The notes under the pieces: generated by a model
What the model saw: only the letters and a program-made list of their open reading frames with translations
Told to the model about the DNA's origin: nothing
Database searches by the model: none
Position numbers and translations under genes: made by a program
Shown: positions 23,478 through 38,959 of the stretch, piece after piece
Layout of the letters: each line of letters begins with the position of its first letter
How positions within the stretch are numbered: position 1 is the stretch's first letter
NCBI GenBank assembly: GCA_964016885.1
Contig: OZ024740.1
Span: 61,938,001 to 62,002,000, forward strand
Source of the DNA: Eledone cirrhosa
Taxonomy: Eukaryota
Reading direction: 5' to 3'
Length of the DNA stretch: 64,000 nt

Positions 23478-26123
23478 ATAACCGACAGTGACTATATAGT
23501 TATTGCAGGCAACCTAAATGGTCACGTTGGACAACATTGTGACAGCTATGACGGAATCCATGGAGGCTATGGGTTCGGTACTAGAAATGAGGAAGGCTCC
23601 AGAATCCTGGAATTCTGTGACGCAAATAACCTAACTATCTGTAACACTAACTTCAAAAAACGAGACAATCACTTGATCACCTATAGATCGGAGGAACACA
23701 CAAGCCAGGTAGATTATATCCTTACCAGAAGACGTGACAGAGTGTCTGTTGTTAACACTAAATCCCTCCCCCATGAAGAATTCACCTCCCAACATAGACT
23801 GATAATTAGCGACCTCATAGTCAGGACGAGACATACTAGACAGCGGAAGAGGACTATCCTCAGGAGAAAAATATGGAAGCTAAAGGACCCCATAGCCAGA
23901 AATAAATTTCAAAGCATATTACTTGACGCTTTCGACAGTAAGGAAGAGCAATTAGAGTCGTATAATATAGAGGAACAGTGGGAATTCCTGAGAGCAAACC
24001 TGCTGACGGCGGCAGACGAAGTCTGTGGCTGGAGCAGGCCTGTAGGTAGGAGGAGAGTAACATGGTGGTGGAACAGTAAGGTGGAGGAGTCAATTAAGGC
24101 CAAAAAGCAGGCTTGGAAAGCATGGCGGGATGGGGGAAGTAGAGAAGACTATCAAGTGGCCAGGAGGGAAGCTAGGAGACAAGTGTACTTCGCAAGAAGG
24201 GAAGCAGAGGAAAGAAAGTTCAAGCATGTTCTACAACGTGAGGACCAAAAACGTGAGGTGTTCAGGATTGCCAGGCAATGTGTCAAGGAAAACCGTGATA
24301 TTGTCGGGGAGAAGTGTGTACTTAACGATGATGGCATACTTGCCATCACCGACACTGATAAGAAGGTAGCTTGGAAGTGTCACTACGAAAGGCTTCTAAA
24401 TGAGGAGAACAAATGGGAGAAAGACAGTCTCCCCCACATCGACCCAATAGAGGGACCAGCAGTGTTAGTCCAGGGTAGTACAATAAGCAAGGCAATCAAA
24501 GATATGAAGACGGGTAAGGCGGCTGGTCCTTCGGAAATAGTTGCTGAGATGCTGAAGGCATCTGGTTCGGTGGGACACACCATGGTCACCCGGATAGTTA
24601 ACCAAGTCGTACAGAATGGGGTTGTTCCGAAGGACTGGCATAGCAGCATCATCGTTAACTGCTATAAGGGAAAAGGAGATGCCCTAGATAGGAGTAACTA
24701 TAGAGGCATTAAATTAATCGACCAGGTCATGAAGGTCACGGAAAAAGTAATAGCGCAACTAATCAGAGAGAGAATTGATCTAGATGAAATGCAGTTCGGG
24801 TTTGTGTCAGGCAAAAGTACCACAGACGCTCTTTTCATTGTACGACAACTACAGGAGAAGTACCTAGCTAAAAGTAAACCCCTATACTTAGCTTTCGTCG
24901 ACTTGGAGAAAGCCTTCGACAGAGTCCCCCGTTCCATTATCTGGTGGTCTCTTAGAAAACTAGGTGTTGACGAATGGCTTGTGAGAGCTATACAAGCCAT
25001 GTATAAAGAAACAGTCAGTAAGGTTAGAATTAACAACGAATATAGTGAAGAGTTTAGCGTAAAAGTTGGTGTCCATCAGGGCTCTGTTCTTAGCCCCCTA
25101 CTATTTATTATTGCCCTTCAGGCTATAACAGAGGAGTTCAAGACCGGCTGCCCATGGGAACTCCTATACGCAGATGATCTAACGCTCATAGCTGAATCAA
25201 TGACCGAACTAGAGAAGAAATTCCAAACATGGAAGCACGGCCTAGAATCAAAAGGCCTTAAAATTAACCTGGCTAAGACTAAAGTTCTAGTTTGTAGGAA
25301 AGAAAATAAGGCGGCAGTCCCATCTGGGAAATGGCCATGCTCAGTGTGTAGGAAAGGCGTAGGTAGAAACTCCATTTTATGTCCCAAATGCAAAGTATGG
25401 GTGCATAAAAGATGTAGTGGGATCACAGGTAAGCTAACTAAGAACATAGATTTTACATGTGGCCGGTGCTCTGGTGCAATAAGTAGCAGCAAGTGCCCAC
25501 AAAATACTAGCTCCTTCAACTGCGCAGAGGGTTCTATAGAAATAGTGGACAGCTTCCGTTACCTGGGTGACAAAGTCAGCAGTGGGGGAGGGTGCTCTGA
25601 AAGTACAGTAGCTAGAGTCAGAACTGGATGGAAAAAGTTCAGAGAGCTTATACCACTATTAGCCGCTAGAGGGTTCTCCCTAAAAATGAAAGGCAGGTTA
25701 TACGATGCCTGCATACGAACAGCAATGCTGCATGGCAGTGAGACCTGGGCATTGTGTGCAGAGGATATACGCAGACTAGAGAGGAACGAAGCTTGCATGC
25801 TCCGCTGGATGTGCAATAGTAATATACGTGAACGGCAAAGCATAAACGAACTAAGGAAAAAATTAGAAATAAGAGGGATCAGATGTTGTTTACTCGAGAG
25901 AAGGCTACGTTGGTACGGTCACGTGATGCGCATGAAAGACGACAGCTGTATAACAAAGTGCAGGGCAATAAAGATAGACGGTAGCCACGGAGTAGGCAGA
26001 CCCAGAAAAACATGGGACGAGCTGATAAATTCCGACCTCACACGCTTAAACCGCTCCAAGACAATGTCACTGGACCGAGACCTTTGGCGGTACTCAGTAA
26101 TAGAGAAGACCCGCCTTACCTAA
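23478..26123 (+). CDS. RTE ORF (partial APE endonuclease + reverse transcriptase + PHD-like finger), about 881 codons open
   Basis: NYRGIKL, QFGF, AFVDLEKAFDRV, GVHQGSVLSPLLF, YADD intact; frame is open upstream of the listed 23673 start; endonuclease GDLN reads GNLN. Confidence 0.92.
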   Translation: MTDSDYIVIAGNLNGHVGQHCDSYDGIHGGYGFGTRNEEGSRILEFCDANNLTICNTNFKKRDNHLITYRSEEHTSQVDYILTRRRDRVSVVNTKSLPHEEFTSQHRLIISDLIVRTRHTRQRKRTILRRKIWKLKDPIARNKFQSILLDAFDSKEEQLESYNIEEQWEFLRANLLTAADEVCGWSRPVGRRRVTWWWNSKVEESIKAKKQAWKAWRDGGSREDYQVARREARRQVYFARREAEERKFKHVLQREDQKREVFRIARQCVKENRDIVGEKCVLNDDGILAITDTDKKVAWKCHYERLLNEENKWEKDSLPHIDPIEGPAVLVQGSTISKAIKDMKTGKAAGPSEIVAEMLKASGSVGHTMVTRIVNQVVQNGVVPKDWHSSIIVNCYKGKGDALDRSNYRGIKLIDQVMKVTEKVIAQLIRERIDLDEMQFGFVSGKSTTDALFIVRQLQEKYLAKSKPLYLAFVDLEKAFDRVPRSIIWWSLRKLGVDEWLVRAIQAMYKETVSKVRINNEYSEEFSVKVGVHQGSVLSPLLFIIALQAITEEFKTGCPWELLYADDLTLIAESMTELEKKFQTWKHGLESKGLKINLAKTKVLVCRKENKAAVPSGKWPCSVCRKGVGRNSILCPKCKVWVHKRCSGITGKLTKNIDFTCGRCSGAISSSKCPQNTSSFNCAEGSIEIVDSFRYLGDKVSSGGGCSESTVARVRTGWKKFRELIPLLAARGFSLKMKGRLYDACIRTAMLHGSETWALCAEDIRRLERNEACMLRWMCNSNIRERQSINELRKKLEIRGIRCCLLERRLRWYGHVMRMKDDSCITKCRAIKIDGSHGVGRPRKTWDELINSDLTRLNRSKTMSLDRDLWRYSVIEKTRLT

Positions 26124-26608
26124 ATACAAAGTAAAAACCTACTACAGTCAGTAGGCATCTCTATCAAAACACCCCCCCGTCCCACCACCTCCACCCCATC
26201 CACACCGCCCCTTTCAATGTAAAGTTATGTTGGTCCCACAACATCCAGGCCGAAACAAATGAGATCGTGTAGGTGTCACGATAAAAAAACACACAGTCCA
26301 CGCTGTAAATGTGGCCGTGTAGGCAACACGGTAAAAACCTCCCAGCCCCACACTGTAAATGTGGTTGGTGTTAGGAAGGGCATCCAGCTGTAGAAAACCC
26401 GCCAGACAGTCCACGCTGTAATGTGGCCGTGTAGGCAACACGGTAAAAACCTCCCAGCCCCACACTGTAAATGTGGTTGGTGTTAGGAAGGGCATCCAAC
26501 TGTAGAAAACCTGCCAGACAGTCCTATGCGAGCAAGACAACCACTCTTGCCTCAAGTGGGAAAATCCCCGTCCAAACCCATGCAAGCGTGGAACACGGAT
26601 GCTAAACC

Positions 26609-26639
<31 letters not shown>
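23478..26639 (+). mobile_element. Young 5'-truncated RTE-clade LINE, copy 1, with 3' UTR and (GAT)n tail
   Basis: uninterrupted frame 23478-26123; partial APE domain, RT motifs, GSETW and RLRWYGHV..GRPRKTW C-terminus typical of RTE. Confidence 0.95.
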
Positions 26640-26984
26640 ATATATATCATCATCATCATCATCATTTTACGTCCGCTTTTCCCTGCTTGCAAGGGTGGGA
26701 CGGGAACTGATTCTGGCTTGATTTCTACAGCTGGATGCCCTTCCTAACACCAACCTTATTTACAGTGAGTGCTGGGTGCTTTTTTGCCGTGGCACCTCCA
26801 CGACCACTTTGCAGTTGAATGATATGGACTCCAGTCCCTATCATCTCATTTCTACAGCTGAGTAAACTGGAGCAATGTGAAATAAAGTATCTTGCTCAAG
26901 GAAACAACACATCACCCGGTCTGAGAATTGAACTCACAACCTTTCGATTGCAAGGCCAATGCTCTAATATATATATATATATCA

Positions 26985-27852
26985 TCATCATCATCACCGT
27001 TTTACGTCCATTCTTCCACGCTAGCATGGGTTAGACGGGTTGTCCTGTTGTGGGCAGTGCCTGGTCGGCTGACCATGCCTTGCTCATACAGGAACTGATT
27101 TGGCTTGATTTCTACAGCTGGATGCCCTTCCTAACACCAACCTCATTTACAGTGAGTGCTGGGTGCTTTTTCGTGGCGCCTACACGTCCACTTTACAGTG
27201 TGGGCTGGGTACTTTTTGGCCGTGGCACCTCCACGACCACCTTGCGGTGAGGGGTGTGGGGGCATATTGTCTATATGCTTCAGCTTGTACCCATGGGAGG
27301 TCGGGTACTCTGTATTACTGCGTGACGCCAGAAGTCACGGTCGCGTGTCATTGCCTTTGAGAGGTGTAATTGGGTAAGGTCGGCTTTTATCACCTCATCC
27401 CAGGTCATCTTGGGTCTCCCCACTCCGCGGTTTCCATCAACTTCTAGTGCTCTGCACCTTTTTATGCAGCTGTCATCCTTCATACGCATCACATGTCCAT
27501 ACCAGCGCAACCACCTCTCCTGCACACAGCATTTGATTCCTCTTATGCTCAGTCTCTCTCTCAATTCATTTATGCTTTGTCGTTCACGTATATTACTGTT
27601 ACACATCCATCAGAGCATGCAGGCTTCGTTTCACTCTAATCTACGTAAGTCTTCCACCTTCAGCGCCCAGGTCTCACTACCATGCAACATTGCTGTTCGG
27701 ATACACGCATCATACAGTCTGCCTTTCATTCTGAGGGAGAAGCCTTTTGCAGCTAGCAGTGGTAGTAGTTCCCTAAACTTCTTCCATCCCGTTCTTACCC
27801 TAGTTATTGTACTTTCTGAACACCCACCTATTGTACTTTCTGAACACCCACC
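26985..27852 (-). mobile_element. RTE 3' fragment with tail (sister subfamily of copy 1)
   Basis: ORF 27280-27606 MCNSNIRERQSINELRERL..RWYGHVMRMKDD; similar to 36480-37310. Confidence 0.9.
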
Positions 27853-27866
27853 ATATCTATATATAT

Positions 27867-30476
<2,610 letters not shown>

Positions 30477-31171
30477 ATATATATATATATAATACAGAAG
30501 ACCCGACTTCCCATGAGCACAAGCCAAAGCATATATATAGTATGCCCTACTCCACTCTCCCATACACCGCCATGAGGATAGGCCAAAGTAAATGCATCGA
30601 GTGAAGCCCTCAGCCCACACTGAAAAGTGGTTGTGATGGTGACACGGCAAAAACAGCCTAGCCCACACTATAAAGAGGTCATGGAGGCATCATGACAAAA
30701 ACCACCCGGTACTCACTGTAAATGAGGTTGGCGTTAGGAAAGGCATCCAGCTGTAGAAACCAGGCCAGAATCAGTCCTGTATGAACAAGACATTGTCACC
30801 TGACCTAGCATTGCCCACAACAGGACAACCCGTCATGTTAGTGTGCAAAATTTGGCAGAAGATGGAGGTGATGATGATATATGTATATACACACAAATAT
30901 ATATGTGTGTATGTTACGTTGGTATCAGAAAACATCCAGCCCACTCTGTAAGTGGTCATGAAGGTGTCACAATAAAAAGCACTCAGCACACACTGTAAAT
31001 GTGGTTGGCACTAGGAAGGGCATCTGGCCGTAGAAAACCAGCCAGAAATTGTCCTATATGAGCGAGACACGGTCACCCGACCCAACATGCCTCTAGTGGG
31101 ACAAATCTGTCTAACCTATGCTAGCGTGGAAGATGGACATTAAACAATGATGATGATGATGATATATATAT

Positions 31172-31985
31172 ATCATCATCATCATTTTACGTCCGCTTTT
31201 CCCTGCTTGCAAGGGTCGGACGGGTCCTATTCAGCACAGCATCTCTCCACTTGTCACAGTCCTTCGTCATCTCCTCCGTGAGCTTCAGCGAACTGAGGTC
31301 TGCTCTCACCACCTCCGCCCATGTTTTTCGTGGTCTACCTCTACTGCGTCTTCCTTCTGGGATTTCTTGTCACTTCTTTACCCAGTGGTCATCCTCCATG
31401 CGCATCACATGTCCATACCATCTCACTCTTCTCTCCCTCTAATCCCTCTTATACACAGTTTCTCTCTCAACTCATCTATGCTTGGTCGTTCATGCACATT
31501 GACATTGCACATCCAACGGAGCATACTTCATTTCTCTCCAGCCATCGCATATCCTCTGTAGTTGCTGCACATGTCTCACTACCATGCAGCATCATGCATC
31601 TTACACAGGCATCATATAACCGGCCTTTTGTATGCAGGGAGAAACCCTTCTTTGTCAACAGAGGAAGCAGCTCCCTAAACTTCTTCCAACCCATCCTTAT
31701 TCTAGATACTATGGCCTCGGAACACCCGCCTCCCATGCTAATCTAATCACCTAGGTACCGGAAGCTATCAACCACTTCTATGGAACCCACCTGCATTTGA
31801 AAAATGTGTCTATCACTGCGATTACTACTGTCAAATTTCCGTGTACATCTACTGCATACATAGTTTTCCCTACCTGTTAGTTTGCCTGCTATCCCACTAC
31901 ATCTCTTGTGCACCCACTACATCTCTTGTGTACATTTTATAGAATTTATGCCAATTCCTTTTCTACATATCGAACATGGCCATTT
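31172..31985 (-). mobile_element. Older RTE 3' fragment; similar decayed pieces at about 3890-4190 (+), 35330-36240 (-), 63420-63990 (-)
   Basis: GGGCSEAIVSRIRMGWKKFRELLPLL..GRLYDACVR..LHGSET. Confidence 0.85.
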
Positions 31986-33441
31986 CCCTGATGGAATCAG
32001 AGTTTTGTCCTCTTTTCAACCTATCTAATTTGTTTTGTTCTGGCAATCCTCAGCTATGGGTAGCTCTTCAAAGTTTCATTTTCAACATTAAATTTGTGCT
32101 GGTGTTGTGTATATTTCAATATGTCATTATGTGCTGCTTATATCCAAAAAGGACATAATAATACTTGTTAAAAAATGTATATACAATATCTTATTATACA
32201 TACATAATATTATATTATATGTATTCATCTCTACATGACTTTCATTAACACCACTTCACTAATCTTGACATTTGGTTTTATCCCACAAAAATTAGATGTT
32301 CAGAAGCTCAGCAGTTTTATATGCAAAGACCAGTGGAATATAGTACTTTACTTGGAAAACAAGTATAAATTGGAATCAGGAAGATCATTCAGCTTTAGAA
32401 TAGTGCTTCTATTTGAGAAAAGCAGACATAAAAATGATTGCGATCATGATTTTGTCAATGTCACCAACTAACAATAGCTGTCTGAATTTTTTTAACATTC
32501 TGCTGATATTAAACATTTAGCAAAATGTATTGCTCCAAATCATGACAACTTTATCTTTTGATCTTTACACTGTGTTCAAATTATTGATTTGTATAAAGCT
32601 TTTCTAAAGCTAAGTGAGTTTTTTCAGAAGCTGCTTTTCCTCAACTCTACTTTTGTAAAATTTTATAGAAAGAGGAAAAAATAGCAGAAAAAGTGTTAAA
32701 GTGAATAAAAAATAGAGAGGAAAGATGAAAGGATGGAAGATAATGTTGACCTCAGTTGGCTGTAACCAGTTCGTTAGCATATTTCAAATAAATAATTATG
32801 AATTTGGAGGTGTTTAGTAATTTAAATAACTTTTTTCATTATTATGTTGATATTTGGAGCATAACTTAACAAAGGTTCTTTGTTAACAAAGGATAAGATC
32901 TTGATGGAAGAATTTTAAATAAATATAAACACTTTAAAATAAACAGTTTTATATCATAGAGCCAGGGCCAGTTCCAAGTAGTTTAGTATTAAAAGGGTTA
33001 ATATTTATTGTAGATCAGTGGTTTCCTTTTAGTGGCTAAAAAAGGTCTCAAACTTTCATTTGTTGCTGCTGGAAAATGTCAATATGTATCCATCCTTCCT
33101 TCCTTCCATTTCTCATTCTATTTTCTGATGAACGTTAAGATTTTTTGTACTATATTAAGAATGAAACTAATATATCTTCATCATCTATTGTGTTTTACCA
33201 TTTATTGTTGCACACACACCCTCTCTCTCTCATGGACTTCTGCATAATTTCTTTCTACCACATTTAATTTACAAAAGATTGGTTGACCTGAAGCTATAGT
33301 AAAATACACTTGTCAACATAGTAGAATTAAACTTGAAAGAAAATGGCTGCCTTAACCACACAACCATGCCCGTACTTATCGTTTGAGAAATCACAATAAC
33401 ACATCTTAACAATTATTTTGAATTTTCTGTTTTTCTTTCAG

Positions 33442-33603
33442 CAAATCTTGGCATGACATATCACATATTTATTCTGATATCTACATGAATAAATTGAAGT
33501 GGCCTTGGGAATGTCTGGTCAATGTAGAACATTGTGACAATAATGAAGAAGAAATGTTTGCTGAAGAAGACTCTGTACCAGAGAAGCACGGTCTTATAAA
33601 CAA
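33442..33603 (+). CDS. DCDC1: DCDC1-like exon 5 (phase 2 to 2)
   Basis: ttttctttcAG acceptor, GTTAGT donor; KSWHDISHIYSDIYMNKLKWPWECLVN...GLINK. Confidence 0.75.
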
Positions 33604-34564
33604 GTTAGTGTGATATTCTTAATGATAACCTACTAATCGTTATTTATTTTGAATCGTTTGGTAAGTGAATTGATACAAGATTGTGTGTTGAAACTAAAGC
33701 AAATTGCATTGTTTGAAGAGTCATTTTAACCATTCAAAAACCACACAATAGCAAGTATTTTAAGGACATGTTTTCCTGCTAAAGCAAAGATTAGATTTGC
33801 AGAGCTCATAAAAGGTTTCATGCTTATCCTGCATTTTAAAATGGTACTCTCAATTAAATTGTGCAAAACCATTTTGCTGGTCTGGGAGCTAATGACGGTG
33901 AAGATGTGTGGGTGAACTTGTCTTGTACATCGCCTTACTTTATTTCCTTCTTCCAGTCACTTTTATGAGCCAACACACTTTTCCTTGTCCTCTTCCTCTC
34001 TCAATCTTTTCTATATTTCATCTGCCTGTCACCCACCTCATGGATTGTCTCTCAGCTGACCACTAGTTGCTTGTCTTTGTCCTCTGAGGTAATTTTGCCC
34101 ATCACTATCATTGATGGCATTTGGCTGTTTTAATGTGGATTGCTGGTGGCTTGGCAGAATCATTAGAATGTTGTACAAAATGTTTTACTGTATTTTTATC
34201 ATATCTTTACATCCTGCTGAGGCCAACTTAGGCTTTTATCTTTCTGAAGTCAATAAGATAAAGTACCAGTCAAGTACTGGGGTCGATATCAACAATTTTC
34301 CTCTCCCACAGTTTGTTGGCCTTGTGTTTAAACTAGAAATCATTATTATTATTATTATTGGTGGATTGGCAGTATTGGTAGAGGGTCGGACGCCATGCTT
34401 TGACGCATAGAGTTACGGCCCTTGCCATTCTGAGTTCAAATCCCGCCGAGGTTAACTTTGCCTTTCATCCTTACGGGGTCGATAAAATAAAGTACCAGTA
34501 ATACATTGGGTAATTGCTGGCCTTGTGCCTAACGTAGAAACAATTATTATTATTATTATTTCAG

Positions 34565-34756
34565 AGTGAGCGTACAACATTCAGTGAGCCCAGAAGACCT
34601 ACAGAAATTTACTTATGAAGACGGTTTTATAGCTTGTGCAGAAAACCCAAACCTTGTTTTAACTGCTATGCAAAATGACAGTCGCATAGCTGATGTGATT
34701 CTTATGAAGCGTTCACCTGACAACATTAACCAACGCTGGATAATACAATCTGATGG
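34565..34756 (+). CDS. DCDC1: DCDC1-like exon 6 (phase 2 to 2), ricin-B-like segment
   Basis: tttcAG acceptor, GTGAGA donor; QKFTYEDGFIACAENPNLVLT...NQRWIIQSDG has QxF/QxW beta-trefoil motifs. Confidence 0.85.
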
Positions 34757-36240
34757 GTGAGAAAGTTTTAAATTAAATACTCAGTGATGTGAATCTATGC
34801 TTTCTCAATGCTTTCTCATAGAAAACTGTCAAATATTTACACATATATAATTTGAATTTTATATGTCTAAATTATAGGCAGTGAATTGGTAGAGTCATTA
34901 GAATGTTGGATAGAATACTTTATGGTATTCATTTCAGCTCTCTGTTCTCTGAGTTGAAATCCTGCAAAGGTCAACTTTGTCTTTCATTCATTCAGGGTCG
35001 ATAAAAAAAAGTACCAGTCAAGTACTGGGTTTGATTCTTCCTCTATATCTCTTTTTCACTTCCTTTCTCACCCACTCTATCCTTCTCTGGAAGAAATATA
35101 CTGTATTCAGGCCTGGAGAGGAGATGGGCTCCGCCAGGTTTTTTTAAAAATGCCCTAGAAATGCTGTATGTCAATTCGATGTCCTTGGGAGTTACGAGTC
35201 CATAACATATCTAAATTACTCACAGAAGTTATAATAATTATTTCAATTTCAAGAATTTATGCCTAATTTTTCATGTATTTGTTGTGGTACACAATATTTT
35301 AATTTGCAAATGTTTTTTATTGTTTTCAATATCATCTTTTTTACATGTCTTTCCATACTTGCATTAGTTGAAAGAGTCTTTTCTAGTATAGCCTCCTTCT
35401 ACTTGCTGCATTTCTTTGTCATCTCCACTGTGAATTTCATCATTTTGAGATCTGCTTTCATCACTTCTGTCGGGTTTTCCTTTGTTTTTCTCAGTTGCAA
35501 CTTTCTTCCACTAGTAACTCCTTCTTCATTCAATGACGGTCATCCATGGCCACACCAGTGTAGTATTCTCTCATGCACACTGCATTTGATTCTTCTTATA
35601 CATGGTTTCTCTTTCAGCTTAATCATTCTTCACCATTGATGCACATTAACATCACTCATCCATCGAAGTATGCTCACTTCCTTTCTCTGCATTTACTACC
35701 CATCTTTCTCCTCCATGCAACACTGCACTTCACATGTAGACATCATTCAACTGACCTTTTATTTGTAGACTAAAACCTTTTGGTGTCTACAGAGGCAATA
35801 GCTACCTGAACTTTTTCCATCCTATTCTAGTTACTATGCTTTAACTTCCTCCACTGCTAATTAGATCACCTAGGTAACAGAAGTTGTCAACTGCTTCTAT
35901 GGAGTTTTTCCAGGATTGGAAAAAGATTATTTCACTGAGGCTCTTACTACTAACTACTCTTGTGTATCTCTCATAAACAAGTTCTGTTAGTCTGCCTAGA
36001 ATCCTACTGCACCTCTTGTTTATGCATCCTTTACATTGTGTTTATCGAAAAGATTTACTATCTATCCTTTTCTACATATCTACATATCAAGCATGACCAC
36101 TTCCATGATTGGAGGAGAGTCTTATCTTGTTTCCTACTAACTAAAACTTTGGTCTTTGCTAAATTTACTCTGAGGTCTTTTAATTCTAAGTCCTGTTTCC
36201 ACAGAAGGAATTCCTTCCCTACCTCTTTCACTGATTCAGT

Positions 36241-36276
<36 letters not shown>

Positions 36277-36401
36277 TAATTATCTATTAGCCAATATATC
36301 AATTTACCATGATTAATCAACCCTCTGAAATGATCGTAAAACAATGAACTAATTAAGAACCTATTTTTGACATTTGTTTTATTTCCATTGTTCAATGCAC
36401 A

Positions 36402-36474
<73 letters not shown>

Positions 36475-36476
<2 letters not shown>

Positions 36477-37310
36477 ACTAAGGTCCTCATAAGTAGATGA
36501 GAAAGCAGAACTCGAAAGCTGAACCCTCAGTGTAGGCAGGAACTCCATCCTCTGCCAACAAATGAAAACAATGGGTACGCAAGAGATGTAGTGGGATCTC
36601 AGGAAGCTTAACTAAGAATGTAGGCTTCACATGTAACAGCTGCACTGGGACAGCAAGCAGCAAACGGCCACAAGAAACAAGCACCACCAAACTGAGACAG
36701 CTTCTGCTACCTAGGTGACCGAATTAGCAGCGGAGGTGGGTTTTCGGAAAGTACAATAACTAGGGTGAGAACGGGATGGAAGAATTTCAGGGAGCCACTG
36801 CTAGATGCAAAAGGCTTCTCCCTCAAAATGAAAGGCAGACTGTATGATGCGTGTATACGAACAGCAATGTTACATGGTAGTGAGACCTGGGCGCTGAAGG
36901 TGGAAGACTTACGTAGATTAGAAAGAAACGAATCTTGCATGCTCCGATGGATGTGTAATAGTAATATATGCGAACGGCAAAGCATAAACGAATTGAAAGA
37001 GAGACTGAGCATAAGAGGAATCAAATGCTGTGTGCAGGAGAGGCGGTTGCGTTGGTATGGACATGTGATCTGTATGAAGGATGACAGCTGCATAAAAAGG
37101 TTCAGAGCAGTAGAAGTCGATGGAAACCGTGGAGTGGGGAGACCCAAGAAGACCTAGGATGAGGTGATAAAAGCCGACCTTACCCAATTACACCTCTCAA
37201 AGGTGATGACACACGACCGTGACCTCTGGCATCACGCAGTAATACAGAAGACCCGACTTCCCACGGTTACAAGCTGAAGCATATAGACAATATGCCCCCA
37301 CCCACTCCCA
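36475..37310 (+). mobile_element. RTE 3' fragment
   Basis: ORF 36765-37157 RTGWKNFRE..GSETWALKVEDLRRLERNE..RWYGHV. Confidence 0.9.
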
Positions 37311-37319
37311 ATGCAAAGT

Positions 37320-38075
37320 GGAGGATGATGTGGTTGAGAGGAAGAGTAAAGCCTGGGCAGTGTGCCACAGCTTGAGATCGGTGTGGAAGTCGGACCTTCA
37401 TAAAGACCTGAAGATCTGCCTCTTCGTTGCTGTAGTGGAGTCTGTGCTGCTGTACAGGTCTGAGACTTGGACACTGACCAAGAAACTCACTCAGATGGTG
37501 GATGGGTGCTACACAAGAATGCTGAGGATGGCTCTGAACATTAATCAGTATATACATATATATATATACATATATATATATATCATCCTCATCATTTAAC
37601 GTACATCTTCCACGCTTGCATGGGTTTGGATATATATATATATATATATATTTGATATACAGATATATATATATATATGTATATATATATATGTATATAC
37701 TGATTAATATTCAGAGCCATCCTCAGCATTCTTGTGTAGCACCCATCCACCATCTGAGTGAGTTTCTTGGTCAGTGTCCAAGTCTCAGACCCGTACAGCA
37801 GCAGAGACTCCACTACAGCAACGAAGAGGCAGATCTTCAGATCTTTACGAAGGTCCTACTTCTACACCGATCTCAAGCTGTGGCACGCCGCCCAGGCTTT
37901 GCTCTTCCTCTCAACCACATCATCCTCCGTATTCCCAATCTTTGCTCCCAAATATAGGAAGTCCTCAACCAATTCTAGCGGCTTCCCGCCTACATTAGTA
38001 ATCTTCTCTGGCTTCTTAATATTCTCTTCCAGATATTTCGTCTTAATCTCATTCATTCTCAGCCCCACGTTAAAC
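37320..38075. mobile_element. Inverted pair of fragments from a different RTE-like family (37320-37555 +, 37692-38075 -)
   Basis: VEDFLYLGA..RKSKAWAACHSLRSVW..ESLLLYGSETWTLTKKL..DGCYTRMLRMALNI on both arms. Confidence 0.85.
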
Positions 38076-38959
38076 ATTTTCCTATTACCCACTCTACTAC
38101 CTTAAGTATTGAGTACTCTGGTGCGTTATGGTCCATCTGGTTCCTTACCACACCTCCTTTGTTTTATATATATATATAATAAACTCTCTAAGCTGAGTTT
38201 GATCTCAACTCTTATGTGTAAAATAGGATTACTTGATTCTTCTTCTCCTCCTCTTCCACTACCAGCTCATCCACTTCAACATAAGGTGATAAAGATAGGA
38301 ATCATACATACATACTTGGCAAATGCTGTAGAATAATATTTGAAGTGAGTGTATATATAAAGCTGAATCTGAAACACAATATCTTGTCCTATTTACAACT
38401 GTTTCACCCACCTCATCATTTCCAATAATTACTTCTCCCAAGGACACCCTAAATATCACACAATACTATTTCGCCTCATGTTAAAAAACCCAGAAGTCTT
38501 CTTGCAATTTGAGAAATCAATATTCATTATTTTAGATCAGTTATTGATTGTGTTTTGGAATAGTTGTGTTAACTAGTATCTGTAAGGTTATATTTGTCAA
38601 TGAAATTATATGGTCTAAGTCTATTTATATAATTAGTGGGAAGCCATTGGCTTAGTTGTTAGGATGTTGATCTTACAATTATAAAGTTGTGGCATCAATT
38701 CCCAGGCCAGTGTTGTGTTAATTGTATCTGTAAGGTAAGATTTCTCAACTAAATTATATGGTTTACGTTTATTTATATAATTAGTGCAAAGGCCTATTGG
38801 TTAGGGTGTTGGTTTATGCTTGTAAGATTGTCGCCTTAACCCCGTGACAAGTAGTGTGTCTTTGTGGAAAGCACTTTGTTCTATGTTGCTCCTATCCACT
38901 CAGCTGAGAAAATGAGTACTAGCTGCACATGATGTTTAACACTGTAATGGACTAGCAAT

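Noticed and set aside
32000-32700. Possible missing exon or transposase remnant
   Set aside because: No recognisable motif or well-phased splice pair could be supported by eye
38375-38425. Hammerhead-like ATGATGA...GAAACAGTTGTA on the minus strand
   Set aside because: First core base wrong and helices I and II do not pair
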